The position numbers and the translations under genes are program-made. The notes under the pieces are model-generated. The model worked only from the letters and a program-made list of their open reading frames with translations, had not been told where the DNA came from and searched no databases. A DNA stretch of 62,394 nucleotides, filler included. It is 8 parts of 8 records of this genome, joined end to end, with 100 filler letters (N's around TTAATTAATTAA, not from the genome) between each part and the next. Parts side by side here need not be neighbours in the genome. Positions count along the whole stretch, not along the records: positions 7,452 to 14,162 come from DRR723986_21447; positions 14,263 to 23,502 come from DRR723986_21466; 6 more parts are not named here. One strand, written 5' to 3'. Positions 10,492-20,300 of the stretch are shown piece by piece (positions within the stretch are counted from its first letter, which is position 1; each line of letters begins with the position of its first letter).

Positions 10492-11922
10492 TTACCCCGC
10501 AAAGCTGTAGGCTGTTTTGACAATGGTGTAGAACTCGGCTGCATACCGACCCTGTTCGCGGGACCCGTGCGAGGACCCTTTGCGCCCACCAAACGGCACG
10601 TGGTAATCCACACCGGCCGTGGGCAGGTTGACCATGACCATCCCGGCCTGGCTTCGGCGTTTGAATTCACGCGCGTATTTCAGGCTGGAGGTGCAGATGC
10701 CCGAGCTGAGGCCAAATTCGGTGTCATTGGCGCTGGCGAGGGCTTCGTCGAAATCGGCCACTTTGATCACGCTGGCACAGGGGCCAAAGATCTCTTCGCG
10801 GGTGGAGCGCATGGCGTTTGTTGCGTTGAGGAACAGGGCGGGGGCCTGAAAGTATCCGTCGGTTTCGCCTTGGATTCGCTGCCCGCCGATGACCTCGGCG
10901 CCTTCTTGTTTGGCAAGATCGACGTAGCCGAGGTTGCCGCTCAACTGCTTTTCGCTCACCACCGGACCGATCTGAACGGATGGATCGAGTGGGTTGCCCA
11001 CGTTCAACGCCAGCATTTCGGCGGTCAGGCGGTCTACAAAGGCGTCATGGATGCCGCCCTGAACGATGATCCGGCTGGAGGCGGTGCAGCGTTGACCGGT
11101 TGAAAAGAACGCCCCGTTCAAAATGGCAGGGACTGCGATATCCAGATCTGCGTCATCCATTACGACGATGGGGTTCTTGCCGCCCATCTCTAGCTGTACT
11201 TTCTTCATGCCCTGCGCGGCCTGAACGGCCAGACCCCGCCCGACAGGAACGGAGCCGGTGAACGAGATGGCGTCGACCTGCGGGTGGGAGACGATGGCGT
11301 TGCCCACGACAGACCCCTGCCCCATCACCAGATTGAACACACCAGCCGGACACCCAGCATTGTGGATGATCTGGGTCAGGATATGCGCGCTGGCGGGCGT
11401 CAGGTCCGCCGGCTTGAACACAACCGTGTTGCCATAGGCCAGAGCCGGGGCGATTTTCCAAGCGGGGATCGCGATGGGAAAGTTCCACGGCGTGATCAGG
11501 CCAACAACCCCAACCGGTTCGCGCACCACGTCAACATCCACATCCGGGCGGACCGAGGCGATGGCATCGCCCGCGACTCGGATCGCCTCGCCCGCGAAGA
11601 AACGGAACACTTGTGCGGCGCGGGCGGTTTCGCCGATGGCCTCGGCCAGTGTTTTGCCCTCTTCCCGCGCCAGAACGCGGCCAATTTCATCCTTACGGGC
11701 GAGCAATTCTTGCGCGACGGCTTCGAGTAGGTCGGACCGGACCTGAGGCGATGCACCAGCCCAAGCGGGCAAGGCCGCGCGCGCGGCCTGCGTCGCCTGA
11801 TCCACATGATCCGCAGAGGCGCGGGCATAGAGGCCGATCACTTCGGACACGTCCGCCGGGTTGCGATTTTCAACTGCGTCAAGCCCGTCCAGCCAGGCCC
11901 CCGCGACAAGGTTCTGTTTCAT
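10492..11922 (-). CDS. NAD(P)-dependent semialdehyde dehydrogenase (KGSADH-like ALDH)
   Basis: ITPWNFP, FTGS, LEMGGKN, GQRCTA, EEIFGP motifs. Confidence 0.9.
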   Translation of the reverse strand: MKQNLVAGAWLDGLDAVENRNPADVSEVIGLYARASADHVDQATQAARAALPAWAGASPQVRSDLLEAVAQELLARKDEIGRVLAREEGKTLAEAIGETARAAQVFRFFAGEAIRVAGDAIASVRPDVDVDVVREPVGVVGLITPWNFPIAIPAWKIAPALAYGNTVVFKPADLTPASAHILTQIIHNAGCPAGVFNLVMGQGSVVGNAIVSHPQVDAISFTGSVPVGRGLAVQAAQGMKKVQLEMGGKNPIVVMDDADLDIAVPAILNGAFFSTGQRCTASSRIIVQGGIHDAFVDRLTAEMLALNVGNPLDPSVQIGPVVSEKQLSGNLGYVDLAKQEGAEVIGGQRIQGETDGYFQAPALFLNATNAMRSTREEIFGPCASVIKVADFDEALASANDTEFGLSSGICTSSLKYAREFKRRSQAGMVMVNLPTAGVDYHVPFGGRKGSSHGSREQGRYAAEFYTIVKTAYSFAG

Positions 11923-11951
11923 GGAGTATCCGAATTTTTTGAAGGGTCAGG

Positions 11952-11978
11952 GTCAGGGCCGACAAATCCGGCCCTGAC
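11952..11978. other. Intergenic stem-loop between aminotransferase and ALDH genes
   Basis: GTCAGGGCCG-ACAAATC-CGGCCCTGAC, perfect 10-bp stem. Confidence 0.6.
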
Positions 11979-12004
11979 TTTTGGAAAGTGGCGTTTGCGC
12001 CTGC

Positions 12005-13312
12005 TTATTCAGCTGCGATGGCCGCTTGTGCGTTTACGGCAGATTCGATCGACGCTTCGAGCAGGTCCAGCGCTTCGGCCAGAATGGGCGCAGGCGTTGT
12101 GAGCGGTGGCAACAAGCGCACAGCGTTTGCGCGTGTGCCACAGGGCAGGATGATCAAGCCACGGGCTTCGGCTTCGGCGATGATGGCTTGGGTCAGGGCC
12201 GGGTTTGGGGCGTTGGTGGCGCGATCTATCACCATCTCGAACGCGATCATGGCCCCCACACCGCGCACGTCGCCGATTGGCTCCATGCCTTGGCGTGACG
12301 CGATGTCGTTCAGGCGCGCTTTGATGGCGTCCCCGATTTCGTCGGCACGGGCGCACAGGTCTTCTTCTTCGATGACCTCGAGCACTGCGTTCGCTGCGGC
12401 AACGGCCAGAGGGTTGCCCGCGTAAGTGCCGCCGATGCCACCCGCAGGGGCAGCATCGACGATTTCGGCCCGACCAGTCACGGCTGAGAGCGGGAACCCG
12501 CCAGCCAGGCCCTTAGCCATGGTCACCAGATCGGCGGCCACGCCTGCATGTTCGAACGCAAAGAGCTTGCCCGTGCGTGCGATACCTGTTTGCACCTCGT
12601 CTGCGATCAAAACGATGCCATGTTCATCACAGATATTGCGCAGCGCGCGCAGGAATTCAGGTTGCGCAATGTTAAAGCCACCTTCGCCCTGAACCGGTTC
12701 GATGATCATTGCGGCAACGCGTTCGGGATCAATCGAGCTGCGCAGCATGTTTTCCAGAACGTTCAAGCTGTCCTGAACGGTGATGCCGTGGAATTCATTT
12801 GGGAAGGGCACATGCACGACCTCGGGGGGCATCGCGCCAAAGGCTTTTTTGTAGGGGTTCACCTTGCCGCACAGGGCCATGCCCATCAGCGTGCGTCCGT
12901 GAAAGGCGCCTGAAAACGCGATCACGCCAGACCGACCTGTATGCGCGCGCGCCATTTTCACAGCGTTTTCAACTGCTTCGGCCCCGGTTGTGACCAACAT
13001 GGTCTTCTTGGCGAAATCGCCGGGGGTGGCATCGTTCAGACGCTCGGCCAGCGCGATATAGCTTTCATAGGGCGCGACGTGGAAACAGGTGTGGGTAAAC
13101 GCCTCGGACTGAGCGGCGACGGCGGCCATCACCTTGGGGTGACGGTGGCCCGTGTTGTTCACAGCGATCCCGGCGGCAAAGTCGATATAGCGTTTGCCAT
13201 CCGCATCCCACAGTTCGGCATTGTCGGCGCGTACCGCATAGATCCCGCGGGTGGCGACACCGGTTGCAACAGCAGCCTCGCGGCGCGCTTTCAAAGTTTG
13301 ACTGGAATTCAC
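12005..13312 (-). CDS. gabT: 4-aminobutyrate/5-aminovalerate aminotransferase (class III PLP)
   Basis: GTG start after GGGGGA; YIDFAAGIAV, TGAEAVENAVK, FHGRT, EPVQGEGG, DEVQTG, MAKGLAGG. Confidence 0.88.
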   Translation of the reverse strand: MNSSQTLKARREAAVATGVATRGIYAVRADNAELWDADGKRYIDFAAGIAVNNTGHRHPKVMAAVAAQSEAFTHTCFHVAPYESYIALAERLNDATPGDFAKKTMLVTTGAEAVENAVKMARAHTGRSGVIAFSGAFHGRTLMGMALCGKVNPYKKAFGAMPPEVVHVPFPNEFHGITVQDSLNVLENMLRSSIDPERVAAMIIEPVQGEGGFNIAQPEFLRALRNICDEHGIVLIADEVQTGIARTGKLFAFEHAGVAADLVTMAKGLAGGFPLSAVTGRAEIVDAAPAGGIGGTYAGNPLAVAAANAVLEVIEEEDLCARADEIGDAIKARLNDIASRQGMEPIGDVRGVGAMIAFEMVIDRATNAPNPALTQAIIAEAEARGLIILPCGTRANAVRLLPPLTTPAPILAEALDLLEASIESAVNAQAAIAAE

Positions 13313-13350
13313 AGGTGGTCCCCCCGTTTGATTTTCGATTCTAGATAATC

Positions 13351-13374
13351 TATTGCTCAAATAATTGAGCAATA
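13351..13374. promoter_or_regulatory. Palindromic operator in the divergent gabT/regulator region
   Basis: Perfect inverted repeat TATTGCTCAA-ATAA-TTGAGCAATA. Confidence 0.65.
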
Positions 13375-13444
13375 CTAGGGTAAAGTTGCGCATCAACCTT
13401 CGATTCGACTATCCTTGGGCATAAACCATGGGAGAGCACAGATA

Positions 13445-14026
13445 ATGACCGATGAATTTGACGTAGGGGGCCGATTACGTGCCCTGAGAACGCAATTTGG
13501 CCTATCCCAGAGGCAATTAGCCGAAAGTGCGGGCGTCCCCCACGGTCAGATCTCGATGATCGAAACCAACCGAAGCAGCCCCTCGGTCGCATCTTTGCGC
13601 AAAATACTGGGCGGATTTGGAATCACGATGTCTGAATTTTTTGAACCAGACAGCCCACTAAACAACCAATCGTTTTTTAAACCGGACGAGCTGCGCGATC
13701 TGACATCGATGCTGTATCAGGGAAATGAAGCGGCACAGAAGATGATTACGCTCAAGCAGGTTGGCGATGCCAAGTTGCACGGCCTGCAAATCCTGCACGA
13801 ACGCTATGAAGCAGGTGCTGACACCGGCTCAACCATGATCGAACACGAGTCGAGCGAAGGTGGTATCGTTGTCACCGGTGAGCTGGAAGTGACCGTTGGC
13901 GATGAGTCGCAGGTCCTGAAAGCCGGCGATGCCTACCTGTTCAACAGTCGTGAGCCGCACCGATTTCGCAACATCTCTGACCGCCCAGCCGAAGTGATTT
14001 CGGCCTGTACACCGCCTTATCTGTAA
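13445..14026 (+). CDS. XRE-HTH/cupin transcriptional regulator (PuuR/PauR-like)
   Basis: N-terminal HTH (LSQRQLA...ISMIE..SPSVASL) and C-terminal cupin ending ISACTPP. Confidence 0.88.
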   Translation: MTDEFDVGGRLRALRTQFGLSQRQLAESAGVPHGQISMIETNRSSPSVASLRKILGGFGITMSEFFEPDSPLNNQSFFKPDELRDLTSMLYQGNEAAQKMITLKQVGDAKLHGLQILHERYEAGADTGSTMIEHESSEGGIVVTGELEVTVGDESQVLKAGDAYLFNSREPHRFRNISDRPAEVISACTPPYL

Positions 14027-14073
14027 CCCCCAGCGCATGGCACATCTGTGACCCTGCCTAAATTGGAATGTAA

Positions 14074-14162
14074 ATGACCCCGCTTGATGGTTTGAAAGTT
14101 GTCGAACTTGCCCGCATCCTTGCTGGCCCCTGGATTGGCCAATCGCTTGCTGATCTTGGTGC
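14074..14162 (+). CDS. CaiB/BaiF family III CoA transferase, N-terminal fragment
   Basis: Own translation MTPLDGLKVVELARILAGPWIGQSLADLG. Confidence 0.8.
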
Positions 14163-14303
14163 NNNNNNNNNNNNNNNNNNNNNNNNNNNNNNNNNNNNNN
14201 NNNNNNTTAATTAATTAANNNNNNNNNNNNNNNNNNNNNNNNNNNNNNNNNNNNNNNNNNNNCCGGTGCAACCGTTCAAGTTGCACAATCCCCTCCTCCA
14301 CAG

Positions 14304-17300
14304 ACACCGACCCTTGTACGGAGACGGTCAAGTGGGACAACTCGGTGCCGACCAGCTTCGAGGACGCGGCCGATCTCGGCATCCTCGACGGGTTTGCCGC
14401 CTCGGGGTTCAACACGCCCCACATGTACTGCGCGTCCATGTGCTCGATCGACCCGACGTGCAAGTTCTTTTACGTCTACGGCAAGGACACGGACCACCCG
14501 CACCGCTGCGCGACGTTCACCAAGTTGGTGGAAAAGTCGGGCGCGGAGGCCGACGGCAAGTTCTACCAGCAAACCTGCAACTTCCCACCCACCCCAACCC
14601 CAAGCGGTGAGGCAACAAGCCCCCCCCCTCCCCCTCCCTCTCACTCTCGCCCTCTTTACCTCTTTGTTCTCCTTTGTTTGCACCCCACTTACCCGGTTGT
14701 GTTCGCTCGCTCGCTTCCCTCCCCCTTTTTTTGCTTGGCAGGCGCGGTGGTGCCCACCCCGGTGCCCGTGATCCGGGTGACGACCAGCATCACGACGTCC
14801 CCGACGAACGTGCCGATCCCGACCACGACGACGTCGGTCACCAAGATCCCGAACCCGGAGGGCGACGGCGAGCAGGAGACGACGGTGGTTGTGGACTCGA
14901 TCTCGTTCTCGCCCAGCTCGGTGGTGTCGGAGACGGAGCTCCTGACGCAGGTGCAGGGCGAGGTGGCGTCCCCCTCGCCCACGTCCACGAACGTGGTGGT
15001 GACGGTCAGCGCGACGCAGACGGTGGCCACGAACAAGCCCACGCGCACCAGCGCGACGATGAGCGTGCCCGTGACGGTGACGGTGACCGACGCGAACGGC
15101 GACGAGACCACCACCCGCTCGTACTCTGCGACGGTGTCCGAGTCGTGGACGTCCACGCGGTCGTTCACGACCACGGTCACGGCCGTGCCGTCCGTCACGC
15201 GCTCGACCTCGTACGTGGCGGACGTCGACGACGAGGACCTGCCCTTCGTCTCGCGCCACCCCACCACGACGGCGGGCTACACGTACTCGCCCTTGGTGGT
15301 GCCCACCACCACCACCAGCCCGTCGCCCACGCGGTACGTCACCGTCACGGCCAGCGAGACGCTGACCACGACCACCATCAACGGCCAGCAGACGCAGACG
15401 GTGACGGTCACGCAGGCGACGCAGACGGTCACCCAGACCCTCGTGCCGTCGTCGGCGTCGGCGACCATCTTCGTGCCGTCGCCCACGACCACGGTGGTCA
15501 TCGTGGACCCGATCGACCCCAAGTCCTCGCCCGGGTCCAACGTGGAGATCGGCCTGATCGAGACCGAGGTGGTGTTCGTGTCGTACTCGCCCAGCACCTA
15601 CTTTTCGGCCACCAAGGACGCCGACGGCAACCCCTCGCTGACGGCGACGCAGACCATGGTGCCCGTCCCGTCCGTGTCCGCGACGACCACCAACACGGTC
15701 GGCGCCGTGGCGTACTACCCCTCCATCACCGCCTCGCTGACCACGTCCGCCACGTCGCTGCCCACCACGGTGCCCGTCACGGTCACCGTGCCGGTCGAGG
15801 ACGCGCCCAACGTGCACGTCTCGCACGGCGACTTCTTCTGCGTCGAGTCGCTCGCGTTCGACCTGTTCGCCGCCGCGGACGTGGACGCGTGCAAGGCGTC
15901 GTGCGCGCTGGGCGTGGCCGACTGCCAGGACGACTGCGGGGACAGGGACCCCGGGGGCGAGCTGCCGTGCGACGCCGTGGCCTTCAGCGCCGACGAGGGC
16001 AAGTGCGTGGTGTACAACGGCTGCCGCCTCTCCACCAACAAGGGCAACACGGGGTTCCGCCTGTGGACGTTCGAGCGCCCCACGCCCGACGCCAACGGCA
16101 ACACCCAGGTCACGTCGCTGTCGCCCACCATCGCCCCGACCAACCTGCCCAGCATCGTGGCGTCCACCACGCTGGCGCTGACGGTGGCGAGCATCCAGGT
16201 CACCACCAGCATGGTCGCCGACCTGACGTGGTCGCCCACCACGCACGCCTCGCCCACCGAGACCGAGGCCACCGTGCCCTCGTTCACGCGCTCCACCACC
16301 GCCTCGCCGCTCCCGCAGGCCGAGATCCCCAGCTCCGTGCCCAAGTCGTACCTCGAGATTGCGCTCTACGCCGACACGCTGGGCGCCGGCGCGATGACCG
16401 CCCAGACGCGCTGGACCGGCCAGGGCGACGAGGACGGCTTTGCCGTGGTGGCCGGCACCCCGCACGTCGTCACCAAGGGCGCCGGCGACGGCAGCAAGTG
16501 CGTCAGCTTCGACGGCGACGACGCCATGCTGCACAGCGCGGCCACCACCATCAACGGCATGCACGGCGGCTCGTCCAGGACGGTGGAGTTCTGGTTCTTC
16601 GTCGAGGGGGAGGCGGGCCTGCCGACCCGCGAGTGCTCGGTGGTGGCGTGGGGCAAGCAGGGCGTCGCGCTCAAGGACTGCTCCATGAACCTCTTCGACA
16701 ACGCCGCCAGCGGCAGCGCCGGGTTCGGGGGCAGCACCAACAACGTGGGCTGGTGGGGCGGCCAGACCGTCGCCGCGGGCACCGCCGGCTCGGAGAGCCG
16801 CCCGCCCGCCACCGGGAGCCAGTGGCACCACTACGTCATGACCTACGACCAGACCACCGCGACGGCCAGGGTGTACATCGACGGCGTCCTGCAGAGCGCG
16901 CGCTCGGAGCTCGTCCTCAACACCGAGCCCGGCCACCGCGTCTCCATCGGCGCGCACTACAACGCCGACCTCGAGGGCGGCACGCCCGCGCGCTTCTGGA
17001 CGGGCTGCCTCTCGGCGCTCCGCGTCTGGCCCAGCTTCGTGATGTCCCCCGAGGACGTGGCCGCCGTCACCCGCACCGGCGAGACCGGCAAGATCTACCC
17101 GCCCGACACCAGGCCCGCCGCCGAGGTGGACGCCGAGTCCACCGACCCCATGCTCGGCAAGTGGTTCCTGGAGAAGCTCCCCACGGGCCAGCAGCGCCTG
17201 GTCGTGCAGTTCACCGCGCGCCAGACCTCGCTCGCGGAGGGCACCCAGTCCATCGCCGTGATCGGCGGCGACGCCGCCAAGAACTGCGGCGGCGGCGGCA

Positions 17301-20300
17301 CCGCGGGCGCCGGCCTGCTGGTCGGCACCTCCACCGAGGGCTGCCCGCAGACCGCGTTCCGCCTGTTCGTCGGCATGCAGTGCAACGTCGGGGAGAGGCC
17401 CCTTCTCACCGCGTGCGACTACAGCGTGGGGCAAACGTACAACGTCCGCGTCGCGTACCGCGCGCCCATGGTGCACATCACGGTGGGCGGCAGGGAGACC
17501 TCGGCGCTCAAGTTCTTCAGCATCATGAAGACCCACGCCACCAACGGCTACCTCATCTCCCTCCTCAGCGGCTCCCACCACGAGGCGTTCGAGCCCTTCC
17601 AGGGCACCGTCTCCAGCTTCCGCGTGTTCGTCGAGCTCGGCCCCGCCACCACCCCCTCCCCCACGGTGGCCCCGACCACCACCGTCACCGAGACCACCAC
17701 CCTCGTCCCCGTCGAGACCGTCGTCGCGTCGGTGGTCTACTCCCCGTCCATCGTCGTCGCCACCATCGTGCCCTCGCCGACCCCCATCCCCACCGCGACG
17801 CACGTTCCGTCGCCGACCACTGGCGGTGGCACGGGCGGTGGCACTGGCGGAGGCACTGGCGGGGGCACGGGCGGTGGCGGCGGCGATGGCACGGACGGTG
17901 ATGGCGCCCCCGGCGGCGGGGGCCACGGCAACCCGTCGCAGCCGACGCCGACGCCGACCAAGGACCCGTCGTGCCAGGAGACGCTGCTGCGGACCAACAA
18001 GGCGCCCAACGCGATCCACGGCGCGAACGGCGGGTGCAACAACGACTTTGCCGTCAGCGGCTACGACAGCCCTCAAGAGTACTGCGCGTACCGCTGCTCG
18101 GTGGACAGCACCTGCAACGTGTTCTGGGTGTTCCCCAAGACGCACTCGCCGCCCGGGCGCTGCTGCCTGCAGGAGACCAACGACGAGGCGGGCGGGTTCC
18201 ACGACAACACGGGCGAGCTCTACTCGCAGGTGTGCGCCAAGCCCAAGCCCGACGAGGCGGTGGCGGTGTACGCCAAGCACATCATCAAGTCGTTCACGCA
18301 CCGCACCCTGGGCATCCAGCGCGACGCGGACGGCGACGCGGTGCTGGCGGCGTACGACGCCAACGTGCCCGCGCACTACTTTATGCTCGTCCCCGCGAGC
18401 AACGACGTGGCCAACGCGGTCTCGGTGGCCAACGTCGCCGCGCCGGACCGGCTGGTGCGGCACCACGGCGACGGCACGGTGGGCGTGGAGGGCCCGGACG
18501 ACAGCGAGTCGTACGCCGACGACACTTCGTTCTTTTTGGAGAAGCCGCTCAACGGCGCGACGGGGTCGTTCTCGTTCCGCTCCACCAACAGGCCGTCGTC
18601 GTACCTGCTCAAGGTCGGGAACACGGTGGGCCTGGCGGCGCTGGAGATGACGGACGAGTTCCGCAACCGCGCCACGTTCGTGCTGGACCCCGAGCTGCAG
18701 GGCACCGACGTGGTGTACAAGGGCCTGGAGGGCCACTACTGCCTGTCCAACGGCGGCTACGACCTCGTCCCCGGCACGCTCACCGCCGACGAGTGCCGCG
18801 CGCACTGCACGAGCAAGGGCGTGAGCGACTGCAAGGACCAGTGCGACGCGGCCACGTACAACGGCGGCGCGGCGACGTGCACGCACGCCCTGTTCATGAC
18901 GCACGTCGCCCAGTGCTACGTGTACCACCTCTGCGAGGTGTCCGCGCTGACGGTGCCGGGCGCCGAGCTGTTCGAGTCGGTGATCGACCTGCCCGACCCG
19001 GACGTCGTGTCGTGCACCGAGTGCGACTCGGGCAAGGAGGTGGAGGTGCGCGAGTGCACCTCGCAGCACGACCGCGTGTGCGAGTGCGCGGTGGGCTACG
19101 CGGGCGTCGCGTCCAACTGCCACGAGGTGGAGTGCCACCCGCACTCGACGCGCTCCGCGGACCGCGCCAAGTGCGCGTGCGACCTGGGCTACAAGGGCGG
19201 CCCGTTCGAGTGGCAGGCGTTCTCGCAGAGCTACGCCGCGGGGGCGTGCGCGCCGGCGAGCTGCCCCGCGTTCAGCACCAAGAGCGCCGACCTGTCCAAG
19301 TGCGTCTGCGACGAGGGCTTCACCAGCGACGCGGGCACGACGTTCCCGTTCTCCGCCGAGACCCAGGGCTACGGCTCGAAGGAGTGCAAGCCCGCCCCTT
19401 GCCCCGACAACGCCGGCGGCCCCAAGTGCGAGTGCGACACGGGCTTCGTCTCGTCCAGCGGCGAGGGCCAGAAGGGCGCCTGGAGCGTCGCGCAGGGCCG
19501 GTGGCTGCACAAGTGCACCAGGCCCGAGTGCCCCGCGTTCTCCAAGCGCGTGGACGCCGCGGACGGCAGCGGCGCGTACACGTGCTCGTGCCAGGGCGCC
19601 AGCACGGGCGCCATCGTGTGGGTGGACTCGCGCTGGTCGGGCGCGTGCAACGAGGTGGACTGCCCCGCGGGGACGAGCAAGGTCACCGAGGGCCGCTGCC
19701 GGTGCCCCGACGGCTACTCGGGCTACCGCGTGTGGTCCAGCACCGCGGGCGCGTACGTCGGCCAGTGCGACCTGGTGCTGTGCCCCGTCACCACGGTCAC
19801 CGTCGCGGGCGGCTGCGACTGCAAGGAGGGCCAGGTGGGCGACTGCAAGTGGGCGCGCGGCCCGCAGGAGTTCGAGTGCACGTGCCAGGGCGCGCGCTGC
19901 CCCGCGCACAGCGACAAGGACGGCGGCGGCGGCGACTCGCTGTGCAAGTGCCTGGTCGGGTACAAGGGCACGCTCACGTGGGACAACGACCGCGACGAGT
20001 ACAGGGGCGAGTGCGTGCCCACCGCCTGCCCGCAGAACGCGCACAACTTCCCCACGTGCTCGTGCGCGACGGGGTACAAGGCCACGGGCGGCGGCATCGC
20101 GTGGAGCGCGGCGGACCAGGAGTACAAGAACACCTGCGCCAAGGTGGACTGCCCGGCCAACGCGGACAACTCGGCGCACCCCGCGTGCTCGTGCGCCACG
20201 GGCTACCGCTTCAAGGAAGGCCGGCAGATCGCGTGGGTGGACGGCGAGTGGGTCGGCGAGTGCGAGCCCATCCCGTGCCCGGCGCACGCCGGCAACGACC

